From Rotaria socialis (taxonomy: Eukaryota), in contig CAJNYD010000449.1 in the NCBI GenBank assembly GCA_905331295.1, positions 372,001 through 418,316 on the forward strand: 46,316 bases of DNA, in the 5' to 3' direction. The stretch's first letter is position 1. Each line of letters starts with the position of its first letter. The notes beneath the pieces are model-generated. The model was not told the DNA's origin. It did not search any database and saw only the letters and a list, made by a program, of their open reading frames with translations. The translations under genes and the position numbers were made by a program. This document shows positions 1 through 11,291 of the stretch, piece after piece.

Positions 1-2324
1 GGAGATAAGCTTTACTTATGCATCTTTTCAACTAGTAATCTATGTATTTAATTGTCAAAGACTGATTCACAAATCTAATCTTGTTTCAAATCAGATAATT
101 ATACGTTAACAAGTGCTCACATGTATCAATTATTAGTATATTTCAAAGAAATCGATTCTCTAATAATTTAATTCGTATAAAAAAGATGAATTTTTTTCTT
201 AGAAAAACTACATACGTATTCCCGTTCGATTACTACGTTTAGTACTATTATTATTATTATGATTTTTCAATGAGCCAATGTGTACATGAATTCAACTTAG
301 TTTTAGTATGTTTTTTAATTCTATGAATTATCTGTATTTTTATATAGATACAAATTATTGAATAAGATCTGCTCAACAACAATCAAACCTAGAAGCCAGG
401 CGATTCAAGTAGATATCTATTTTTTAGATGTATCCTTTCAATTTAGTTTTTTTGCGCAGAAATTTGATTGAAAAATTTCAAATTATAAAATTTAAACAAA
501 TATAATTTTATATCCTAATTTAAGAATGAATTAGTTTGTAAGTATTGATCTATTAAACATCTTCGTAACCTAGTATTTACAACTATTTTTATTACTCTCA
601 TTGAAAAAGTTTACTCAGAATTTCTTCTCTATATCACAGATGTATTTTATAGTTAATTGAAACTATCGAAAATAGAATTCTAATTTAATGATAACTTGTA
701 GTTTTGAAAGTACATAAGTCAAATTTTCTACGATACGTTCTATTACATTAGTTACAATTCTATTGAATAAGATTTAAAATTATTACTGAAAAATAGATTC
801 TATCTAGATTTCTGTATTTTTATATTCGATTGTTTAGAATAGAATATTATGATTTCATCCCTGAACGAGTAAAACAAATTCAGTTTTCACAGTCGAAAAA
901 GGTTTTTCAATTTTGCTTGAGGAAGTTGAATAGCCCTTAACACTTGAAGTGTTCTATATATCTTACTCTCCAGTTTAGTGATGTGGCAAAAATCTGTTCG
1001 TTTGAAAGCTATTAGAGAAATTGTATCCTAGTAATTTGTAAACTTCACTTCTTGAGTGCAAAGTATCTGGCTCAGGGATATTGTAATAATTATTTTCAAT
1101 ATCAAGACATTTCTTCTCAGCGATTGTTGAGTTTTAATCATTCTTATTCATTATGACACCGGTGAAAAATCCTTACGCCAACATTTCTATTCGTTTAGAT
1201 ACAGACTAAATAAGGATTATGTCCTGAAATAAAAATAGATCTTAAATAGAAAAATTTTTAACAGTAATTTAGATTTTGACATAAAATAAAATTGCTTATG
1301 ACAAGTTTTTATTATCTGAAAGAAGCTCTTTCACATAAATGAAGACACAAGGAATTATTAGATAAAACAACTAGAAATAATAAAAGTTTCTGTTGGTAGA
1401 TTAATTTGTGATTCGAAGAAAAATATACTAATACTTGGCGTAAGTAATTTTTTCAAAAACAAAATCTGAGACAAGATGAGAATAACTGTTCAGTTAATAG
1501 TACATTGTTGATGACTATTTCATGAATAATTTAATTCCATCAGGTAGATAAAAATATTCTACGGTTATCAAATCACGCTATACAATCATGCAAATATAAT
1601 TTGTCTAGCAGCATCTTTCTCAAATAGCTACGTTTCATACAATATTAAAATTGCTTTATTTTCGCACTTAACAAAACTTTCACAATGCACTCTTCGACTT
1701 CTAAGTCGTAGAGTATTACTCACGAGGGAGGATCACCAAGTGTTCAATCGCTTTTGCGTTGAAACTATTTGCATTATGCAGCTTCCGATGAGTTATGAAT
1801 ACGCTAAAAATATTTTGGACGGATAACTTATTGTGACTAAACCAGACCATTTCTAAGGTATGAGCTTTTTTGAGCGCCTGAGGTCCCCCTTAGGGACATT
1901 AAAAAGATTGATGTTCGAATTTTGACTTGAAAGTTTTCATAGAAAGACTCGCTAAGGAGAACAATTTCTTGTGAACGTTTCAGACGTTTCTACTATTCCT
2001 ATCGTTAGACAGGTGTATTGTAAAATTTTTATTGCACATCTTGCAAATGAGGTATCAGATTTAATGAAACAAATAAATTCAATGATCAAAAGCATTCCAG
2101 AAACACTACTCTCGTTGAGATGTATTGCTACATAAAATCTCAAGTTAAAATTCGAAAATCAATTTTCGAATGTTCCTGAAGGGGGCTACAGCAATAATTA
2201 AAAAATACAATAAAAATGGCCTATTTTCGTAACAATAAGATATCCGCTCAAAATATTTTTAATGTATTCATAACTCCTTGGGAGCTACATAATCTAAGTA
2301 GTTTCAACGCAAAAGCGGTCGAAC

Positions 2325-2762
2325 CAGTGGCGGAACCAGGGGGGCTCAGCCCCCGCTAGTGAGATTTTAGAAAATGTATTTTTTTATATAAATATGTAGC
2401 AATGTTTGCAATTTCATGTTTTAGCCAGTGTTGCCCGCTATGAAACTCAAAAACTCCCGCAAGAATCAAGAAAATCTTTCAAAATCTCCAAAAAATCCAG
2501 AAAATCTTTCAAAATCTCCAAAAAATCCAGAAAATCTTCAAAAATTTCAGAAAAACCTTCAAAAAACCAAAAATCTTCAAAAAAATTTCAAAATTCTCCA
2601 AAAATCTAAAGAAAGCTTTCAAAATTCGAAAAAAAACCAGAAAAATTGTCAAAATTACCAAAAAAAAACCCAAAATGGCTTTCAAATTCTCAAACAATTC
2701 ACGAAATTTTTCTTCGGGGGCGCAGCCCCCCCCCCCAGCCCAAAATCCTGGCTACACCACTG
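2325..2762. mobile_element. hAT-type MITE nested in the right TIR of the 1723-2789 element
   Basis: TIRs CAGTGGCGGAACCAGG / CCTGGCTACACCACTG. 8-bp TSD GGTCGAAC (2317-2324) vs GGTTGAAC (2763-2770), 7/8 match. GC-rich GGGGGC(T/G)CAGCCCCC subterminal palindromes. Confidence 0.88.
2464..2690 (+). repeat. A-rich minisatellite (~10-bp units, 30-bp higher order) inside the MITE
   Basis: AAAATCTTTC AAAATCTCCA AAAAATCCAG repeated, then degenerating. This explains the spurious K/N/S-rich ORFs at 2406-2835. Confidence 0.85.
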
Positions 2763-5102
2763 GGTTGAACACTTGGTGGCCCTCCCTCGTCAGGATAATT
2801 TTTCTAATAGAGAAAAAAGATTTGATTCTACATAGCATAATCCTATAAAAAAAAAAACTGGAATCTTTTCATTGTTATTGCACATGCGGTTTCATACAGT
2901 TGTTGTTTTCATTAAGATCTGTAATAATTAGTAACAATATGAGGAATAGCTTGTCAAAACTATTGTCTTAGACGGACTCAACTTATTCGTTATAGTCTCG
3001 TACACTCACGAGAATTATATTTCAAAAAGTGCTGACGATGGCACATAAACAAGTACCATAACAAAAATAGTTCCATTATTCTTTTCTATTCCTCTCTTCA
3101 TATTACTCAGACATAATTGTAGTTAATTATTTGCCGTTTAAATCATGCTGGCAGATGCATAAGCAGAATACAAAAATTTCATCTACTAATTCATATTAAC
3201 TAAATATTATTCTCAAATAAAAAACTATACATAAAGACAAATTATTACAGTTTATTGTATTTATTCTAACGAATTATTCATATAGTACATTGCCAGTTTC
3301 TACTCAATATCGACTCTATAAATATACAATGACTTTTCTCATTGATGCCAAAATACAATTTGATTCGAATGAAATATTTCTAACACAAACAATGGTGTCG
3401 CAACCATCTACTATACATTTAATTAGTGCTCTTCGTGATACTGTGTATACAAGTATTAATAGAACAATTTCAAATGATTCTTGGTATCATTCTTAATCAG
3501 CATTATTAGTGTATAGTAATCTTCATAATGTGAACCTTCCGCTTCCTCACTAATTATACATTGTGAGATTTCATTTTTGTTTGTTTGTTTGATTGAATTA
3601 TGATTTTGTTGTGATTATAATGGAAGAGACCATTAATCGAATATGCAGACGATTAGAATGTAAACTCAAGTATTGAAACGATCGACACAATGTAAATTGG
3701 GAGTTAGTGTTAAACACAAAGAATTCAGGTTAAATAAAAAAATAAAAAGAATAACTAATAAACGAATAAAATGTGAATGAAAATAAGATTCATAACAAGA
3801 TCTACGGATGAATTATACATAAGAGAGCTTTTTAAAATCGTGTTTCCCCATTTGATTCACATGTTTTAATTAAAATTAATTCGAATACGCACGCAATTCC
3901 TATTTTAATTATTTTTGCTAATATTTATGTCTTTTTTATATAGGTAATATTTATACATTGGCATTTCCATCAATTCTTATATTTGTCAACCTTTTTATAT
4001 CCCTTTTTTCAATGCAAACTGTGCTCATCTTACGCATTCCCTGCTTAAACTTGTGTGTTCTTCGTTTTTTGTGCTCATGTCTCTGAGTTCCGTGCCTTTT
4101 CTTCTTGCTCTTTTCAATGGAATATCTATTGTAAGAGAAAAGATGTTTCTCTATGATAAATTGATATTTCTGTATTGATGAAATCTTACAGTTATTAACA
4201 AAGCTTATGAAACATGCAATATGTTTTTAAACAAGAAAGAATGCTTTTTTAAATTGAATCAAACATGAATACATTCTTCGAACAAATAATATTACTCATT
4301 TTATAAATGATTCAGTGATTTGAAATAATCTCAGCTTACATTATGAACGGAGAAATAGCGGAATTAGCGCCTGAATTCATATTCAAAACTTGAGCCACGA
4401 ATAGAAAAGCAAAGAATGTTGTGATATTCAATTTTATAGGACAAGAGAGATTCTCAATTTTGAATGGTACTAATAATATATATAAACACTCAGAACTTGA
4501 TTCGACGTAAAACTATCTTAATTCTAATTTTGTGGAAATGCAGGTGGAAATAAATATGTAAGGAATGAGTATAACACTGCAATGAAGATCATACTTCAAA
4601 TTTCTTTGAAATTTTTTTAATTTTATTACGAGCTTTCAACAATTTCTAATTGTCATCGTCAGGAAATAGTAACACAATAAATGTGGAAAGTTCGGATTTC
4701 ATCCGAGAGTTATGTGTATTGCAAAAAGTGGATGGGATATATGAGTCATTCTAGAATGTCTGAACACCAAAATTATCATGAGAAACTAGACAATTTGATT
4801 TCTGGATGCAGTTTTGTGCATTTTGAGACGTTTTTCAGGCGATGTTTCGTTAGAAAGCTACGATTTAGTTCAAAACTAATATCAGATTCAGAATCAGCGT
4901 TAACAACTGAGTCGATCTACATACGTTGTAAATAATTCTGAGAAAAATATATTTTTTGAAAATAGATCCCTGTACCCCTCTGTGACGGTACGGTCACTAC
5001 TGATTTTATTAATATATTTATTCTTTTCTATATGAGTATAATTAATCGTTTCTTTTTCTTGTACGCGCCAATATATAAAAAATCAATGTATCATATACTT
5101 AC

Positions 5103-5642
5103 TGTTTTTTCCTTCTAAACGAGTTACTATATATTCGTCTTTGTCAACAAAATAGTAGAAGAAGATTCTATTGCCTTTTTCTTCTTCTATTCTCAACTGT
5201 TCTTCAACATACTCAACGCTAATTCTTTGAACTATTGTTGAATAACTCTCGTTCGTTTCTCTATCTTGTCTTGTTCAATAAATCATTGGTATCCTTAGTC
5301 AAGTCATAATTCTTATCGTTTCTCCAATTGGCCATAAACAGTTATTGTGGCTCCTGGTATTTCTAATAGTTGCACATCAGTCGACATCACTGAGAGCGTA
5401 ACACCCTCCTCAAGGATGGTCTGGTCAAAAATGACAATTTTTTCGATAACTCAACCATTTCTTGAGGGATCCTTCTCATCTTCAAACTCGACCGAGATAC
5501 TCATGAGATTGGACTGTGTGGAAAATTTCATCACGATCTGGCTCTCCTTTCGAAAGTTATCGTGCCTACGGCCGGCCGGCCGGACACTGACTGATTCTAG
5601 AGTATACTCACTTTTTGTGTTACTATTTCCTGACGATGCCAA
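5103..5642 (-). pseudogene. Decayed protein-coding remnant, unknown family
   Basis: MASSGNSN...DPSRNG*VIEKIVIFDQTILEEGVTLSVMSTDVQLLEIPGATITVYG, then a frameshift near 5331, then PIGETIRIMT*LRIPMIY*TRQDRETNESYSTIVQRISVEYVEEQLRIEEEKGNRIFFYYFVDKDEYIVTRLEGKN, ending at a GTAAGT donor (5102). GC is higher than the flanks and the composition is protein-like. Confidence 0.45.
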
Positions 5643-6013
5643 TTGGAAATTGTCGAAAACTCGAAATAAAATAAAAAAAATTTCAAAGAAATTTGAAGTA
5701 TGATCTTCGTTGCAGTGTTGTACTCATTCATTACAATCTCAATTCTAGTTCATACTTGAATAAAGAAGTTTTTTGGCGGATGCCTACAGTGACTTTGCTC
5801 TAAGTCATGAATAAGACATAAATGCATTTTATCTGTCATCAGAATATACATACCTAACTTTGATTAGACAAAAAAATAAGTAGAAAGTACCATGAACGTA
5901 TGACATTTCTTGATAAAGAAATATAGAGGAATTTTATGTAAACTTTCACAATTTTCCTTTTCTAATATATTAGAAGATTTCTTTTGGTAAAAAAAAGAAA
6001 GTGACTAACATAC

Positions 6014-6683
6014 CTAATAAATGATAGAAGATGATGCATGATGAAAATAATGATTCAAAAAATGTATGAAATCGACAAAGCCATGTATGCGAAAACGAGT
6101 ATGAAAGAAATCGATAGATTTCTATTGGTGAATCGATTAAAACAAGACAAAGTTCACCTAAATATAAATAAAAAATGGTAAACAAAAAGACAAAGAATAA
6201 ACTGAAAGATTTCTCTATACTTAGTGCAAGACATAGAACAATTCGATCTGTTCTTGATAAGCGTAAACGCTTTGAAAAAATGACTGTCGCCAAACATAAA
6301 TTTCCAATAATAGAGACAAAAGAAACAAATGCAATGAAGAAAACGAATACAAGTAATGAACGTGAACGTTCTCGTATACCATAATTTTGTTGAGTTTTTT
6401 TATTAGACACATCAAATTCATTTGTACTATTGATAAGACGACTTAATTCAAGAACACATTCCGGTATAGTCTTTGGTACACGTAATGTTAAATTTTGTTG
6501 TGCTAATAATTGTCGTATATATGGTGGTGTTAATTGTTCCTTATTGGAAAAAGCTGTTCGATTGAAAACAATTGATACAAGTTGTTCACATTGGGCAATT
6601 AATGTCGATGAGTAAGATGTAAATGGAAATGAGGAAATATTATTTGTTTTCGAATGATTTTCTGCCAACATGATGTCTTCCAT
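6014..6683 (-). CDS. Class A (rhodopsin-like) GPCR, exons 1-2 only (N-terminus, TM1-TM3)
   Basis: ATG at 6683. Exon 1 is 6683-6221, followed by a 63-nt in-frame GT-AG intron (6220-6158). Exon 2 is 6157-6014, ending at donor G|GTATGT. The spliced protein shows TM1 'SIIGNLCL', TM2 'LCLALSELCL' and TM3 'WLCRFHTFFE'. No TM4-7 exons were found in the window. Confidence 0.8.
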
Positions 6684-7705
6684 TAACAATTATGTTCAGT
6701 TAGAATGAAAAGCAACAAAAGGAATGGAAAGGATTTACTTAAGAAATATCTAAAAGAGAAAAAGAAAATGACATGAAAGGAAAAAATGGCAAGTAACATT
6801 ATGTGTTTTAATAAACTGCTATTTACGCACTTCTACCTTGGCGCTTATGATTGAGGAGTTTCCTGGCAATAATGAAACGATAGTTCGGCGAGTACTCCTA
6901 AAGTAATCAGATATCAAACAAATATTCGTTATTTACCGGAGTTTTGTGTAATTGTTTTTTGCATCTTTACCCAGCAGCTAGTTATATGATTACCTTTAGC
7001 TTTTAGATATATTCTGAAAGTTAATTTATGTTGCTTGTATTTTCATATACGTATATATATATATATATATCTATTATTCATTGAATGTTATTTCATGTGA
7101 GAAATACAAAGAGTTGTAAAACAAACCATTTTTCGTATAGGCCTACACTTGAGAGAAGAAGTTAACAAACAAGGAGATTTTGCAGTTCTGCCTTTTGCTA
7201 TCACTTGTATACTCATGCACTGTCCCTATTTTTTTCTAGTTTTGTTTAACAAATATTCAAAGAACTTGTTATAAGCTAAAAATAAATGAACCGCTTCTTG
7301 TCAGTATTGGCAGATGAGAATAAAGAAAAAAAATGAAACCATAAGTTTGTTAAATGTTATTGAGTCGATAAGTACTGCTTTTCAGAAAATGATAAATATT
7401 ATGCATACAGACTTAAAATTAGCAAATTTTCATTTTTATTGACAAATTTTTCTAGAGATGGAAAGGAATTTTTCAGTCGGATTTCTAGAAAATTAAGAAG
7501 AAATAAAACCATGGCATAATCAAGGAAGACTGGGCGGAATGTTGTTCTACAACCAGAATGAAGAAAAAAAAATTAGTTACTATCAACGAGGCTATATCGC
7601 ATGCATTACCCTTGTTATGTATTCTTTTCTCTCGGATTATTAAACTCAGTTATCAACGAGACAGCAACGTGATGGTATGACAACAGAACGGAACAAAAGA
7701 ATAGT

Positions 7706-7776
7706 CTCCCTCCGATGGAGTCGAACCAACGTCTTCTGCTTTCCGGGCAGCTGTACTACCAATATACTAGAAAGGA
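7706..7776 (-). tRNA. tRNA-like / tRNA-derived element (probably pseudo-tRNA or SINE-like core; apparent anticodon GGA)
   Basis: The minus strand folds as TCCTTTC-TA-GTAT ATTGGTA GTAC-A-GCTGC CCGGAAA GCAGA-AGAC-GTTGG TTCGACT CCATC-GGAGGGA-G. It has a full acceptor stem, an A box and a B box (GGTTCGACTCC). Defects: C33 instead of U33, one mismatch each in the anticodon and T stems, and no long variable arm as expected for Ser. Confidence 0.55.
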
Positions 7777-10617
7777 ACGTGTATTATTCGTTTGTTCCGT
7801 CTTACGATCGAAGGGGAACACTTCGGGCGTAAGAGCCCTCACGATTATAGGCTACTTCCATGCTACCTACGATTTTCTATATACGTCATTAGAAGAAAAC
7901 TTCAAAGTATTTTCATTAGGTTTTCAATATTATAATCCAAACGCTAGACAGATAAAAATAAACAAAGTAAATAATCTAAAAGCTACTCTGTGTGAGTACA
8001 ATCTTGGTCTTTTAACAATATTCATAACGTGTACAGCAACTTGCCAATCAAAGAATAACCGTTAATTCATACAGTGCGGAGTTCATATTTTTGTTCTAAT
8101 GAAGATTTTTCTAGCATAAATGTTCAACCGGACCAGTATGCAGACTATAAGATATGATATATTTCATGATATCATTCAATAAAATGGGCTGATTGAATTT
8201 ATCCGACTCACAAATAATGAACGCTCAAGTCTAACTCAGCATGGGTTGTTCAATAATCATAAGAGGATGACATTGGGTGATACGACTATTAAATCTTAGT
8301 AATATCTTGCGATCATTCAATAAAATAGCACTGAGAACAGAAAGAAACATTATTTTTCAACACAAATCAATGTTTTTCTTGTTTTTTTTCACAACTTAAA
8401 TAAAAATATATTTTAAAAGAAAGTCTATGACATTTATAGAAACATATACATAATGCTTAGTTTTATATATGTGTTATATAAAATTCGATTGTAAATAGCA
8501 AACACAGTATGAATGAACTCTGTTCTCCTTATTTACTAACATACTTATTCATCAATGAATCAAGAAAATATAAAAAAAATAGGTAGCACTGATAAAACTA
8601 AATTAGCTATTCAAAATTATAAACTAAATTGAATTAACATTAGTTTGGTTCATTATTTCATGACATATTTTATTTAGCAGCGAAGCTTATGTTTTATACT
8701 GCAATCATTATTTCCTAGCGGAGGTAATATTCTCTGAAATAGTTCACATTTTGACCAATTAATTTATCTTCGTTGTATTTACTGATGTCTAGAGAAATGT
8801 CACATACTACAAACTTATATGAAGAACGAATAACACTGTATGTCAAAATGTAAGTATCCAAGTAAAAAAACGATGAATTAAAAACGTATAAGGAGTTGCA
8901 ATTTCAATACTGAGACGCATTGTTGCTCACTCAATCTATTCAAGGTTGGAAAAAAAGTGTCGAACTCTATAAGAATATGTATATTATAAAGTTTTCAAAT
9001 AATTTCTTTTAAACGAAACTGACAACGACAGATAAAAAAGTTAGATGCGGAAAGATATGACGTTTCCTGAAACGGAAGTTTGCGTAATTTTTCAAGTCAA
9101 GTATCTGCATATGTGTACTTTCTATTTTAATTATGATAGTTTTTTTTGCACAAAAAATGTTCAATACTCAAATAGAGGTAATTGTAGAAACAAAAGCCAT
9201 TTTTTCCAAAATATATCTAATTTTTACTACTAGTACATACTGAGCACTTTGAAAATTTTTCAAAATTTAGTTACCAACCTCCCGTCACATGCTTACTAAT
9301 GAGATGCTTACATCTTGAGTTTTATATAGTTGAAATGAAAACTTAATCCTGAATATTTGATTAAAGAGTTTGTCCCGTTAAGTGCTATTATACTACTTTC
9401 CTACTTAATCTTTTGAGAAAAGATAAAACAAACATTTTATTATTCTTAAAACCAACGAATCAAGTATCAGAAATGCATGTGTTAATCCATATAGTATGAT
9501 TTTGTTATTTTGACCAGTGCAAGTGAAACCTCTGAGAAAAATTCTGAACATAGCATGATTAATTATAATATCTATGAAAAAATAACTTCGTCGGAATGGA
9601 TGAGATCAAATATTATTCTTGACATGTTCATTATGAGCTGATTATTTGTTCTATAATTTCAGCAAAATCCTATTCATCAAATCTGTGAAAAGCCAAAGAC
9701 ATATATGACTGTACTGCCATCGAAACAAGAATTTATTCAATACTTTCAAAATTATTGAAACATATTATGTAGATTGGCACGCATTTTTCTACTGAGAGAT
9801 TGGTCGATTTAAGTATTACAAAAAAGTTGGTCTTATATTCTCTCATTACAGATTCTGTCCATAGATTTATAAAAGAGTTTACCGAGACATACGCTCAGTC
9901 TTAATATTTCAGAGTTAAATTCTTCACTGCATTATTAATAAACCTGAGGTATTTATTATTTTATTACTCGGTGTTGAAAAAAGAAATAAAATTAATAATA
10001 GCTTTAACCAATTTATAATACAGAAGTAAAAAGAACTAAAAATATTTTGGGGCGAAATGATTTTGCGTTTTCAAATCGAAACTTATTGATTTATCCAACT
10101 TTTTTCTGCTTGGTAGAACCATATATTTAAAAAAAGTAACTCGATTTAAATTTTGTAATGCTAACGTGTATGCTTTTGAATGATATTTTTAAGTATGATA
10201 ATCAGCATTCTATTTCATGAAAGTTAAGAGTAAGAAATCCGAACTTTGAAACGAAACTGATATATTTTCTATTCTTGTTAGATTTTACTGTTAAATAGAT
10301 GTTTGATTTGATTGGACACTCTCAAATTCATGCTTTCAAATATTTTATTTCAAAAATATTCTCACACGAAAAATTCTGTCAAGTTTTTAAACTTCTATTA
10401 TTCTAAATAATGATCAAGCATTACCTTAATTACAAACTTCTATTACATAAGACAGTGTTAATAATAAAATAAAAGCTTTAGATTTACTTCAAATAGCCAA
10501 TATGCGACGGGGGAAAATGAAAAGAGAAGAAATAATTGTTTTATTATAATATTGTAAGTTCCCTGTTCTTTGTCCTAATGGCTTCGTTTCCATAAAATAA
10601 TAAGCTTTGTTGATATT

Positions 10618-11007
10618 CAAGGTTGCCACCTCTTCCGCTTTTTGCGGAAAGTTTCCGCTTTTTCACTTTTTTTCCGCTATTTTTCCGCTGTTCCGCTTTT
10701 TCCGCTTTTTCGTATAAAATGTGTTGCATATCAAACATACGTACAGAATAATGTTTGACATTATTGAGTCAATTCTTATTGTTTACAAATACTGTGAGCC
10801 ATCATCTTTTTATGTTTTGAAACTTTGATGAAATAAAAAGAAATCCAATAAATATGAAAACAATGCCTAATATTCTCAGAAGCATCACAAATCTGCAACA
10901 ATATAAGCTTCCGCTTTTTTCTCCGCTTTTTCTGTTTTTCTTTCCGCTATTTTCCGCTTTTTAAGATCAGTTTTCCGATTTTTAAACTTCGTCAGGTGGC
11001 AACCCTG
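10618..11007. mobile_element. hAT-type MITE
   Basis: TIRs CAAGGTTGCCACCT / AGGTGGCAACCCTG. Perfect 8-bp TSD TTGATATT (10610-10617, 11008-11015). Subterminal arrays of TTCCGCT(TTT). Confidence 0.92.
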
Positions 11008-11291
11008 TTGATATTCATCTTCAACTTTCTTTTTCTTTGTCATAAAATCGATCACTCCATCCGGTTATTAGTCAGCAATATTTTGGAAAATATGATATTG
11101 GCTGTATAGAAAGATTCGCTGTTTCCCTGCTGCTTCTTTTTTTCCCTCCATAATAATGAACCAAACAATACAATGCATAAAGAAAGACGTAAAAGAATGA
11201 CCTACATATTAACATTTTTTTTAGAAACAGTAACAAGCATTACTAAGTTCTACAATAAAAAGAAAAGAAGGCCTGCAATGATTGAAGCCAA

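Larger units (their letters stand above)
1723..2789. mobile_element. Non-autonomous foldback DNA transposon (MITE) with ~200-bp imperfect TIRs and 3-bp TCA TSD (PIF/Harbinger-like TSD)
   Basis: Left end CGAGGGAGGATCACCAAGTGTTCAATCGCTTTTGCGTTGAAACTA... (1723) matches the reverse complement of the right end ...TAGTTTCAACGCAAAAGCGGTCGAAC[insert]ACTTGGTGGCCCTCCCTCG (2789). The inverted match continues inward (about 1882-1930 vs 2140-2187). TCA flanks both ends (1720-1722, 2790-2792). No transposase ORF. Confidence 0.85.

Noticed and set aside
2406..2835. K/N/Q-rich ORFs of 62-135 aa
   Set aside because: They are translations of the MITE-internal minisatellite, not genes.
4330..4985. Possible DNA-transposon relic (TCAGATTCAGAATCAGCG motif, GC-richer end near 4983) and ORF 4681-4935
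   Set aside because: No matching second TIR or TSD could be established, and the ORF has no recognisable domain.
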